DNA of 64,000 bases, taken from positions 18,312,534-18,376,533 of the forward strand of contig CM120644.1 of NCBI GenBank assembly GCA_051362555.1, read 5' to 3'. Each line of letters begins with the position of its first letter. The stretch's first letter is position 1. Positions 1 to 12,616 of this stretch are shown piece after piece. A model generated the notes under the pieces. It was not told where the DNA came from. It did no database searches and saw nothing but the letters and a program-made list of their open reading frames with translations. The DNA is from Lingula anatina. Lineage: Eukaryota; Animalia; Brachiopoda. Made by a program: the position numbers and the translations under genes.

Positions 1-728
1 TGTTGCGAAATATATCAAGAAATTTAGAGTACTCATTTAGCGTTAACTCCTCGCTGCAGTCAAGGTCAACAATATGGAAAACATCCAGGGCCCATTCGAC
101 TACTAGATCGCTTGTAAAGCCGACAACATTTTCTTCAGACTTAACCCAGTCCTCAAATACAATAGACGTCTTATAGTTAGTGTATTCATTCGACCACCAT
201 GTTTGAAAGCCCATGGTCATAGCACCATAGACTGCCTTAGCTCTCCAGGATGGCAGTGCAGCACGCTCCGTCGACAAATCGATGTACTCTTCCTTCGTCA
301 CGTTACCGTCTTCATTAACGTCAAAGATGTCAAAGAATTTTTTGTATTTCTTAAGACAATACGGAGTAAAATCTTTGTTGTTACCCTGTGCCACCTGGAT
401 AAAAAAATGTTTATTTCATACTGAAGTGATCTCTAAAAATTAATGTTACTAAAAGGCTACATAAAAGCTAAATTGATTTGAATCAGAAACAATTCGTTAT
501 ATAATTTTGATTACACCATTATGCTAGCCTCTCTGTGTATTGAACTGCATCATAACCTCAGCTGTCATTATAGGCTTTTGATATTTAAGAAGGCTCTCTT
601 TCGAGCACATCATTTTAAGTCGGTTTTGAAAGAAAATTATAAGACTAAAGAATTACCTTCACTCCATATGACGAATCAAAGGTTAGAACAATTGCAAGCA
701 GCAACAGTCCAAATTTGATGGAAAACAT
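1..728 (-). CDS. Secreted aequorin/SCP-like EF-hand protein, copy 1 (3' end runs off the window)
   Basis: Exon 1, 728..657, reads MFSIKFGLLLLAIVLTFDSSYGVK (signal-peptide-like) followed by a GTAATT donor. Exon 2 starts at 394 after CAG and is open to position 1: VAQGNNKDFTPYCLKKYKKFFDIFDVNEDGNVTKEEY...VDLDCSEELTLNEYSKFLDIFRN. Close paralogue of the ORF at 20825..21388. Confidence 0.85.
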
Positions 729-3054
729 TTTTAATTGAATTTGGGTCACACGCTTACCTGTTATTTAAAAAATAAAAAAATCAAAATAACAAAATATGAA
801 TAACACGCTGTTCTGAATTCAAATATAATATTATATATTCAAATTATATATAAACATACATTATTTTCCCAAAGCTTTGTATTTGTAAAATCGCCATAAA
901 TGAACGTCTGCGATAAATTACATTATATCTCTAAGCTAATCAATGCTCACACAGATTACTTGCAGAAACATGTGATTATAACCACCTAGCTACCTTGGCC
1001 CCTAATGGACACCCAAGATCCCCTGATGTAAACTATATTACAAACACGAGGGGATAAATCACTCTCTGATTTAATAGTCCACTGGTACAAATAACAAATC
1101 TGAACGGATAAAGACTGGGAGTAAGACTGACTAGGAGAAAACCTGCCAGAAAGATGGTATTGTCTCTTGAAGAGCGTAACTGCAGCAAGGGGAGTTACTG
1201 GCCCTTTCTCTGACTAGGCAGTTAGTAATCAATTTTCACCCTAAGAGGTTAATTTGAAAAATTAAGAAACCCAGATAACGTATGCAACGGCCATTTTATT
1301 ACTTAAAACAGCCATGTACTTTTGTAATGCTTTACTTACGATTTGAATTCAGGAATCAAAGTCTCGAAATAGGCACTAAATAATCTGTTAGAAGCTAACA
1401 AGACATCCTGGTTTTCTTTGATAATTCAGAAAAGCAGTAAGAAAAATATCTTTGAAAACAGGTCCTTATTAAAGGACAATTCTGTTGTTTACCGTGTGTT
1501 GAAATTGTAATATAGTGTACCAAAACAATCCACAATAATTAAAAAAACCCGAACATGTCTCAGAGCTGCAAGCCGTCTAAAATTCCGTGCAACATGTTTC
1601 TACCGCTAGAAATGTGCAGCAATAAAAAACATGGTAATATTTGTGGCCAATCCTGTATAATTTAACAACTCGTGATAAAATGTCATATGAATATGCAATC
1701 TTACTTCAACTACCCAACACGTCTTCATTTGGACACAGACTTGCAGTAATAATATGTTTTCTGAAAATCGTGTTTCGTACCATATGCTGATACCATACAA
1801 TTTCATATAAATATGCAATTCAAGGTCAACTACCCATCGTTTTCTTCATTTGGACACAGACTTAATTCTCTTCAAAATTATCCGAATAAAGTACATAGAG
1901 GCCATCAAACTGCTCTGTCTACCACTAAACTGTACCAATTCATTGTTTCAACTCAAAGTAGAAATACATGCAGTATTAGTACTTTTATCTGAAAATCATA
2001 TTTGGTACCATATGCTGATCCTTTACCTGTAAAGCTTATGCTCCGAACGCGCCGGTGATTTCTGATAAAAACCTTTATTGTCCTTTGCAGAGCGATGCTT
2101 TATTCTCATCTCATGTGACGCAGAGTATTTCTTCATACTTTCCGTTATTACGCATGCCCATTTTCCCAATAATTTTATTGGATAAAATTGTGACTACGAA
2201 ATGAGTGTCTACATATGTAGGTAAAGACGGATAAAAAAGCGCAGATATTTAATGTTCCTCTCTTACTTTTTGTATTTCTTCCCGTTGCTTTCAGCTCATA
2301 TGGTTTAACTTAGGTGAACTGCTATATTTATATATGTACACTTAATATTTCTGCTGATTCAATCTTTATTATATCACGATTACTTCAGATGTAATCTACC
2401 CCATTGGGAATTAAATTCTAATCATTAATTCTGCGATGGGTTTTCTATGTTTGTTAATATTTACGTAGCAGATAAGTTTGTCATGCGGGCTTCCAACGAT
2501 ATGTTTTTTCTTTATTTATTTTATACGCCATAATACTCATCTGTTTGTAATGGAAACAAGGGCAAAGCTTTCTAAGACTAGAAAGTAAAATTATTTTTTT
2601 GAAAACAGTGGACAATGCATTTAATTATACGTTTGTATAGTGTATGATTATGTAATAAAATCCCAAATGCCAAAAGTCTCTGCCTTTGAGTCTGTATTCT
2701 ACCGAAATAATATAAAATAAACAGAGCAATTCATGTGTCGCACCTAAAACATTCAAACAACGCAGTTCTATATCTCTTGTGGGTGAGAAACAGCACTAAA
2801 AACAACTGCAATGGATCATCTAGCTCCACATGGTGCTTTACGAATTTTGTTTGGATCCATATCAAAACTGGATAACAAATGTTTTGTATGTAGGTCCTTC
2901 TAATCGCAATCAAGCTTTAATTTTCAATTATCTGTTTCATGTAAAGTATGTAAGGCCGTGAACAGTTTAATTGCAAACAAAAATAATATCATAACATTTA
3001 TCACTGGCATTTTCTGTGGTGAATGAGGTTACTATAAGTCAGTCAGCTAGTACA
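1..3054. repeat. Segmental duplication unit A (paralogous to 20971..23886)
   Basis: Collinear high-identity match through the coding exons, the intron and ~2.3 kb of upstream non-coding DNA, e.g. ctcagagctgcaagcc, ttttattggataaaatt, gcctttgagtctgtattctaccg and agtcagctag occur in both copies. Confidence 0.9.
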
Positions 3055-6029
3055 CTTGCTGAGTAAAAGATATACAGCTTTTATAAGTACATATATGTGC
3101 TACATATTACGAAAACCGTGGAACAGGTAGTTTCACTGTAAAGCACGTTGAGCTTGATCTGCAGAAACAAAATCCATGACATTACTGAAATGTATGATAA
3201 TCCCTGTGTAGTTTAATAAATTCGTCATCGACTGGCGCGTTTTCAAGATCTTATTTTCATTTCCTTCAGTGCAAATCTATGATTCATACGGACTGCCAAG
3301 TTCAAAAATTTCAATGCTGCTACTTTTTTCAATTTTTGTATGTTCTCCAATGTAAATTTAATTTTATAACGGGCTGGGAAATGTTATTATTTTGCCAAGG
3401 ATTTGTAAGGTACTTCTGTTTTCACTGAGGTCGTCTTATTAAAATGATGGGATATTTTGGTAATACAGAGATTATCATATATTTCAGTGACCATTAAACA
3501 ATATTCACATTATAAAAGAGAGTAGGATTCCATGAACAATGGAAAATAACTGGTAACTATATATCCTGTAAAAAAACATGAACTTATAGCCCAGTCGCTG
3601 TCAGGCTTTTGGTGTTGCAAGTTATTTCTTTACAGCATATCTGAAAAGTGACATGCCTCGTCGTATAGCCTGAGTAAGAAAGTCTGTGAAACATATGAAC
3701 GCAAACAATCGATATCCTTTGGTGCCTTCTTTCTTGTTATGAATGGGACTATGAAAGTTTGTGGTACACTGGGATGGAGGTGACATAAACAAGAATACTG
3801 CTGTCCATGCCGGAATCACTCGAGGAACTGCCTGTAAGATCACATAGTGCCATCGAAGAGAGCAACACACCCAACCAACCATCAATCATTTTTGCCGACT
3901 CTGTAACTTCAGCCTGGGAGCATCGTATACTCTGGGAGTATCGTCAAAAGGAAACATCCTCGGACAAATTGCTAAAACGTATCCAAGTTTTCAGAGAAAC
4001 AATCGACGCCATATGCAGCCTTTCAATCGGTGACCTTGCCCAAGGAGTCAGATTGAGCTTCGTTACCTGCCCCGACTTACAAGTTTCAAGGCAATATATC
4101 GATATGACTTGCACTGCATATTTTCAGCTCTTTTTGCCCTTTAATGTGTAGTGAATTGACTTGTGTCATATACTACCGTAGCATTGTAATTACATATTTA
4201 TGATGATCTCTTTTCAACCCGCATACGCTTCTGCTACTGGGAATGTATAGAGTAGGAAAGGGGAGGGAGAAATTATATCGTTCGAGATACGGTATGGTAC
4301 TGTTAAAACTGTACAGCCAATAAATGAGGGGCCTCAAATATCCGAATCCATCAGACGTGTTCTGGGCATCTCTAAACATAGGATCAAAAAGGTAAGAAGC
4401 GTGATTTTCAGCAAAGCCATCATGATTGAAAGCAAATGGACTATTTGAATGACACGCTGAAGGTGTTTTGCTACAGGTTTTATATGAGAGCGATTTTAGG
4501 TAAAGACATGGTTCTGTTTTACAACGAAGGAAATGGTGGGTAAATGACCTTAGATAGAATTTTTATACGACATTATTAAGTTCCCATGTGTACTAGTATA
4601 CTACGCGACCACGTCTTACACGTTGCTAGCTGGTACAAAACTGTGGTCTTTCCACATATACACATACCCCTGGTGAAAAAGGAGTATAATTCAACATTTG
4701 AGTTAAACACACGTCAACAGGTGTGGGAGAGTTTCAACAATGCCTTCATATAGTACGCGGCTATGACAGTTAAATCTTGTGCATCTATATAACCTTAAAC
4801 AGAGATACTGCACTGAAATCTGTCAATAATTAAAACATATTTAAATTATCAATGGATTCATTGCATATGGCACCCACATTCAAGTTTACACATATTATTT
4901 TTTAGGTACATTGTTGTATCATATGCTAAGAAAGACCTTAAACTTATCCCTGGAAGGCTAGAAAGCCATTTTAATTTATTTTTCATTTTAATATATGTCT
5001 TTCCGTCTCCATGTTGCACACATTCGATATTCATTCTTTTTTATTATTGAACTTAAGAAATGTAAATTACAGTATACAATACTTCTTTGTTACCCCTCGC
5101 TTACTTCTCTCTCTCACACATACATACATACATACACACATGATGGCTCATCATTTTCATTAATAAATAAGATATTTTGATAAGCACAGCATATTTTTTC
5201 TAACACCTGTAGCATTCGATGTCCCTAGGGACAGATGTCCCCCTTTTTTATTTAGTGTAATTGTAATTTTTTACCTGGGAAATTAATAAATTCAATTTCT
5301 CGTCATTGTTTCCAAGAATAATATCCGATGCAGAAATATGAATATTGACAACCTTTTCTTCCCTAAACCACTTTTCGATTTGCTTCCACAAGTTTTTTTG
5401 CGAGATCACAATCTACGAATAGATGTTCAATAAGGTCGCGCGTCAAGGTTATTTTCAGTTGCACCCTGGATTACGCACGCTTGCTCCGCAAGGTGTCGCC
5501 TGTGGTGGGGGGGGGGGGGCATCACAGCCCATATGGTTACTGTGGCGAAGGTGACAGGTACTTCCAAACATTTTTTCATAACTGTCATTTTTCCTTATTC
5601 TATTCAGGAATTTGATATTTACGGCAATTGAAAATGTGGCACCGGCAAAAGTGAATCTAGGTGCGTTGACAGGTCGCACAGGTGTCCCCAATTAACCGCC
5701 GCCAGAGAAGAGACCCCAAGCATTAAACAACACAACCGGTAGATATTGGAAATTTGGAGAAAGTTAAGCAACTGAGGCTTTATTAGATTTGGACAGAAAT
5801 CGGGGGTAATGCCCAGTGACATGCCAAACCCCTAAGTTCAAGTCTTGGCCCTTGACACCTGTAACGCACCCCTTAGTCAAGAATCTGAACAATTCAATGT
5901 TGGGCAGGTACAGGGTATACTCTATTTTCTACAGGTGTTTTGTGATTTTATCAACTTGATTGTCAAGTGCCAGACCTTTTGTTCTCAGGTACTAGTAGCA
6001 AACTTTATCAGATAACAATCTGACACTAA

Positions 6030-6252
6030 GGCCCCCTTTACACTGGATGGCGTCCCTTCTGCGTCCAGCAGTTCGGCCCCATTTGAGAGTTAAAGAATTA
6101 TAATACTTTACGTGCCGACAACTGGCCGATCATTGAGCATTCATTCTGATACCAAATCAATGCTCGTGCCTCCTTATTAAGACCACAGCGATGCCAAATT
6201 TCATGGTCGCAGAAAGGACGCAGAAAGGACGCCGTCCAGTGTAAAGGGGGTA
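6030..6252. mobile_element. PIF/Harbinger-type MITE
   Basis: Terminal inverted repeats of ~35 bp (ggccccctttacactggatggcgtcccttctgcgtcc / ggacgcagaaaggacgccgtccagtgtaaagggggta), flanked by TAA on both sides. Confidence 0.8.
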
Positions 6253-6979
6253 TAACCAAGCTGCACTAACAGCGCTGTAAACCCAGTTATCAATGCTGTC
6301 ATCTTTACCTGTATCTTTACCGGTATTATGCCAGTGGTACTGTTTGATACATTTGAGTAAGGAAATATGCTTTTATGCTTACATTCATTTGTAATACGTT
6401 AGCATCAACCTGTTAATAAAAACTTGGAAACTTTCAATGTTATTACACAATAACAGTATAATGATGGGAGATGTTATGATTAAATGCTTAGAAGAATAAT
6501 AAAAACAAATTATGTGAAATATAAAATGAATTGATTTTATTTGGGTTATTTATTTATTTATTTCAAACCAATTAATTATCAAACATGAAGCTTATTTTAA
6601 GAAACATTCGAATATATATGAAATATAACCCTGCTGGTACACAGATCTACAGTTCTAAAATGCAAATACCAAGTACCTTTCACACACCACTGATGAGATG
6701 TGAATAATCATATGTATAAAGTGGTAAAAATATCACAAAATGTGTGTAAGCAAGATATTTCTACAAGTAACCTCATTAATCAGTCAGGAAACTTCATAAT
6801 GCACCCAATAAATGTAGAAATTTGAGCCAGAGAAATTCTACATACAGGCATGACAGATTTACCATATATTGCCATCAACCCTTAACTGAATGGGCATAGA
6901 AAGAACAAAGTGAGTCTCCCTCCCATTAAAAATGAGAAATAAAAATAAATAAATAAATAACAGATACTGTCATTCTTAA

Positions 6980-7300
6980 TACTGAAAAACAATGGCACCT
7001 TGCAGCCTTCACTGCCTCACTATTTGCAGACAATGTTCTAGTCACTGTAACTGTGTACTTTTGATGAGGCATAGATGCAAGAATAACTTCTTTGAAGTAT
7101 ATTGTGAAGGTCTCTTTTGTCATAAATCTGCCATGTATAACCTGAATGAACATATTGCGATTCACACCGCAGCAGCTTGTCTTAGTAAGGACTCAACCAG
7201 TTTGAAAACTTGTGGCATAGCTTCAGGGACAAGATCACACCATCTATCCTTGCTGTGATGATGGATCTACTAGTACATTATCTATGTCTTGTCCTCCTAG
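6980..7300 (-). mobile_element. Degenerate transposon-derived SWIM zinc-finger-like fragment
   Basis: FKEVILASMPHQKYTVTVTRTLSANSEAVKAARCHC resembles the V-x-A-S-M...Y-x-V-x-V...A-x-C-x-C lead-in to SWIM fingers of DNA-transposon accessory ORFs. It is truncated after CxC, with stops upstream. Confidence 0.35.
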
Positions 7301-8309
7301 TTTCTCTAATACCATTTCCGCTGATCTATATGCTCACATCAATCTCTACAGCTTTACCAACTGCTACACAGTTTTTACATCTCAAAGTATAAAGCAAAAA
7401 TTGTAATAAAGCACTATCAATTTACTCGTTAGCTATTGATTCGAGGGCAAGAGAAAAATGCAGAAACCTCATATGATAATCAAGATAATTGAAAATCAAA
7501 TATGCATAATCAAATTAATAGCTTTAATTGTACATACTACTGATGATTTAATCTTTAAAACTTCAGCATAAATTTCTCTTGTTAAAGCATAGACACTTTA
7601 TTAAAATGTGCTTGAACAAATAATAATAATAATAAACAACCTGCACACAAGATGGAACATGGAGGTCAATTGCCACAAAATAAGTTGATTTGTACTTGGT
7701 AGCCTGAGAAATAGTATCAGGTATTAATTTTAGCAGTAAATTGAGTAATAATACCACAGAGTTAACAATGACACAAGCATATGGTGTTGTGTAACAAAAT
7801 TCATGCATTAAATTACTTGCTGTGGCAGTGTCCTCCCCAACCTATCGTGCACCGCAGGTTTTGATTTTCAATGTCATCAAAAATGTTTATTGTTGTTAGT
7901 TTGATTTACGTATCTGCTATTCAAATAATATCGTTTGGAAAATAACTAACTCATTTAATTATGCTTTTGCAACATGAAATCATCATTAACTTTGCCGGTT
8001 CACGTGTATACAGTACCTTGCTATCAGTGCTGCTCTTTTCTCCCTAACTCGTCACTGACAGGCTAACCACATCGTTTCATAACAACGCTGGTATGCTCCT
8101 TTACTTTTGGTGTTGGCAGTTTCGCCCCGGGGACATCGTTTTTGGTTAAAAACAACGTATCGTTTTCACCCATCTATACATTGCTCCTGTACAAAATGGC
8201 CGCTTGCTGCCCCCCCCCCCCCCCCCAAGGGAAAAATCGTAGCACGTGGGTAGTTACGCAAGACCTGTGACGTATAACGCGCGCAAGGTTATTGTTTCCA
8301 TCCTTGTGC

Positions 8310-10182
8310 TACATAAATTGCAATGAGGATTATCAACTATTTTATATTTGAACAGTAAGTATTTTGTCCCTAGATTTCTATGAATACATCTTAACTTAAA
8401 CCATCTGAGTTTGGATTATTTTATATCTGTCAGGAGACGATTGTAGCCAAGATTTAATGTTATTGCTTTATTAAGGAACCTTTCCCATTTTATTTCATTT
8501 TTAAGGGTTTCGTAGAGTTTTTTTTATATAAACGTATCATAAATCGCTTTACAACCTTTTTTTGTTTTTCCATATAACCATAAGCGGTTTGGGTATTTTC
8601 AGGTTATAAGTTTTCTGTGTACCAGTTATTTCTTTTAAATTGGGAAATGCATTATAGATAGCATTTCTTAGGCCAAAATATTTTGTAAATGGGAGGCGTA
8701 TTTTGTATGCATCCGTGATTTCTCTATATGAAAGCACGTTGCCGTTTGGATCAAGCAAGTCGAGCACCACCCGGAAACCTTTCTCATATAATGGTTTTAA
8801 GAAAACGGCCTTGTTTTCGATAAAAATACTCGGATTATACCACAATGGAGCTTCCAGAAAATCTTGTGGGTCATTTTCCTGTATTACGCTAGCGTACTGT
8901 GAGTAATATGAAAATCATTTTTTCCAAAATAAATTTGTCGTGGTTTCCCCGCATTGTTTCGCATATACAGGCCCAAACTGGCAGAGCGACGTCGTGTCAC
9001 AACTTGTAATTTCGGTAAAAATCTTTCCATATTGGTTAGTATTCGATAGTAATCTGCGAATCCAAGTTAATTTTAAAGCTTTAATACATGATTCTACAGG
9101 TAAATGCACCATTCTACAGCACCCATTTTTGAAGTCTTGAATAATTGTCTTTCTCGATACCCTTTCATTTTTCCCATGCCAAATGAATTTGAAAAGAATA
9201 GAGTTAAACTCTTTTATCCATTGGGCACTGGGACCTGGTAGTGACATGAACAGATGAGTAAACTTTGGTATCAGTAGTGATTTAACCACCGTTATTTTTC
9301 CTAGGGTGGATAGATACCTTTTTTACCAGTTATTAATCTCATTTTTTGATGACAGCCAACTTTATATTATAATTGCGTTCTTCTACACAATCAAGTTCAG
9401 CTGGAAAGGTAAAACCTAGAACAGATACAGATTCATTTGCCCAGTCTAATTTTTCGTTTCTACACAGAACTTTCTTACTATTGATTTTTGAGCCAATCCA
9501 TACTGCTTTTGTTTTGTAAATATTTGGTTTTAAGCCGGAATATTTGGCAAACTGGAACAAAAGGTCTAATGCACTTTTAAGCGATTTCTCTGAGCCGTCT
9601 AAAAATACCACTGTATCATCGGCATATTGTAATAATTTTATCTCTTCTCTTGCTATACCAATTCCTCTTATGTTTTTTCCTGTCTTACATGAATACCTAT
9701 TATTTCTGCGCATAAATTAAATATATATGGTGATGCAGGGTCACCCTGTCGACACCCTCTGCCTATTTTAAAAAATCGAGAGAAAATTCCATTCTATATG
9801 ACACACAGTTCTGCATTTTTATGAAGGATTTTAATCCACCTAATAAGGTCATTTCCAAAATTTAAAAATTCTAATGTTATGTAAATAAAAGACCAGGATA
9901 TGCTATCAAAAGCTTTTTGAAAATCAATAAGTAAAATAATACCTGGGATTTCTTTGACTTTTGTATATTGCAGAACGTCATACAGGATTATGATGTTCTT
10001 TCCTATATACCTCCTATGTACCTCCCCTTTAAAAAGACCTTCTGATTTTCGTGAATTAAAAATTCAATAACAGATTTTAACCTATTAGCAATACACGAAG
10101 AAAGAATTTTATAGGGAGATCGGCCTCCAGTTGGTCAGAAATTGTCTTGGGTTGTCACCTTTCGGTAGTATAGAAATAATGA
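8310..10182 (-). mobile_element. Degenerate non-LTR retrotransposon (L1/Tx1 clade) reverse transcriptase fragment
   Basis: Broken ORF2 carrying NWRPIS, IDFQKAFDSI, GRGCRQGDPASPY, LLQYADDTVVFL, SGLKPNIYKTK, LFKFIWHGK and WYNPSI. Multiple frameshifts and stops; truncated at both ends. Confidence 0.92.
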
Positions 10183-10869
10183 GTATTCATTCTTTACAAT
10201 ACCAGACATTTTACTGCGTACAACCTGTAGAGTTATAAACTGTAGAGTAAAGGCAGTATTGGCAACAACTCCTCCATATCTATACTGACTGTGACAAACG
10301 TGATTTATTTATTTATCTATTTATATATTTATTTATTTATTTTGTAAACTCAACAAACCTGTTTTTTGGGTCTGTTTATGACACTTCTCTTGTGGTTGCG
10401 TATTGCAACAATTATATTGTTGGTTCCCTTAATTCCCCAAACCTCAATGGCTTTCAAAAACAATGTCACCCAGCCGATGGTAACCTTTTTAACAGTGCTG
10501 AACCGATTGATTCCCCGCTTATTGTCACAAATTGCTCCTTCTCTGCTATATTTTATAGGTGGATTTTGTTGCTATCTTTAAAGCCCCTGGTGACCCCCCC
10601 CCCCCAAAAAAAAAAAAGATTCATAGCAATGCTGTGAGTTTTATTGCAGTTTTTCTCTCCAATTTCGAAGATGTCTTTTTTTGTACATGGAATCTTGAGA
10701 AAAACTTGTGCTTAACCCTCTTGGATCACATATTCCCACATCCAAAGGTGTAGTCCGGTGGCTTAAGGAAAAAATCGTGACACGGCGGAAAAAAACACCA
10801 AATTTGGCATGTAGTTATCTTTTGACATTCTAAATCAAATCAGAGCCGTAGCCCTCTCAAACAATTTAC

Positions 10870-12370
10870 CGTTTGGTCAAAAAATCCAAAATGGCCGCCA
10901 ATTTATGGAATTCTATAGAAATATGTACATACCCATGTTGATTTTTATCAAATAAATTATTTTCTCAGAGTTTTCCACACCCTAATTACCCATTTTATTC
11001 ATATATGTCAGATAGCAAACAAGTTACCTTGGACTTTTTGAAAAAAATCCAAGACGGCTGTCATATACCATAGAAACAGCCATAGGACTACTAGTGCACA
11101 ACTAATACCAGCTAGAAAGATACGTTGTCCACTATCAAATTAAGTCTGTTTCTCAGATTTTTGTTACCCACATAATATGTTTGTGGTGAGTAACTACGAA
11201 GTGTTCTTGGGCATTTTGGAAAATCCAAGATGGCTACCATGTGCCGCTGGAATTCTAGTATACGGGGGATTCAACTAATGGCAACTGGAAAGATTAATGT
11301 TCCACTATCGAATTAAGTTTGTTTCTGAGTGTTTTCCACATCCTTTCCACCCACACAATATGTATGTGGTGAGTAACTAACATGTATTCTTGGGCATTTT
11401 GAGAAAATCCAAGATGGCCGCCATATGTCATAGGAATTCTTCTAGTATTACAAAGGGTAAGAACTAATGCCAGCTAGGAAAAACATAATTCACTATCAAA
11501 TTCAGTTTATTTTTTCAGTGTTTACACATTATTATTACACTGCGATACATATCTAGCAGGTAATAAATGTGTATATTTGATCATTTTGAGAAAATCCAAG
11601 ATGGCCGTCATTGGCCATAGGAATACTACTGGAATTACAACTGCACATCCATGGTTTTTCATCTACTACCAGGGTGAAATTGTGTTTGCTTATCAAGTTT
11701 TGTCCATCCTTATTAGTCATATGATATATATCTGGTGGTTAAATAGTGTGCATCCTTGGATATTCTGAGAAAATCCAAGATAGCTACAATTTGACATAGG
11801 AATACTAATGGGTGGGTTTCAATTGCTGCTAGAGAGGCATGTGGTTCATTATACAATTACATTACCATGGGTTTGTTTTAAAAATAATTTACGTTTTGCA
11901 TTCCATTTATTATTACCCCTATGATGTATACCTCATCTGTAAAGCATGTTTGTATCTTTGGGTATTCTGAAAAAAAATTCAAGATGTCTGCCTTTTGTCA
12001 TTAGAATATTCGTACACATAATCAAATAATGCCAGAGATACACTGAGTACAATTTAAATATAGTTAACTTTAGATGGTTTTTAAATTTTTTTCCTTTCAT
12101 ATCCTATTTATCCTTATGAAAGACAATATGTGTGTAGAAAGTGTATCCTTGAGTACTATTCGGAGAAAACCCAAGATAGCCTCCAGTTGTCATCGGAATA
12201 TATCATTCAAATGCACATAGGTGTCAATTAATGGAACGGTTCAGAAATGAAATAAAGCCGTTTGATGTTCAAACATGTTGACATCCTTATTAACCTCACT
12301 CTATATAAATCTGGTGTGAAGCAAGTGTGCATCTTGCGTATTTGAGAAAATTCAAGATTGCTGCAATTCA
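10870..12370 (+). repeat. Diverged tandem array of about nine ~185-bp units, each with an AAAATCCAAGATGGCCGCC-like core
   Basis: Core motif at about 10880, 11043, 11221, 11405, 11591, 11770, 11973, 12167 and 12347. Units degrade towards the right. Probably the internal repeats of a non-autonomous transposon. Confidence 0.8.
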
Positions 12371-12616
12371 CAAGTTTTTTAGAAGTAAATATTATTTTTT
12401 TCTGGAAATTTCCTGGGACTGAAATTTGAACAAATCTGTTTTATTGGAAAGGCTTTTTCCAACAGTAGACCGACAAGTATTGATCACAACGGTAGGGAAA
12501 ATGTACAGGTCTTATTATTCATCTTCCCGCTGTGTTTAAAAGGGATATTAAAACCATTCATGTAAGTATTGTTTAATTTTAATCCTATGATCTGGTTACT
12601 TTAATTTTCTTTCTAG

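Noticed and set aside
10870-12370. Regularly spaced repeat motif resembling a CRISPR array
   Set aside because: Eukaryotic context, no cas genes, and the 'spacers' are homologous to each other and ~165 bp long. It is a tandem repeat.
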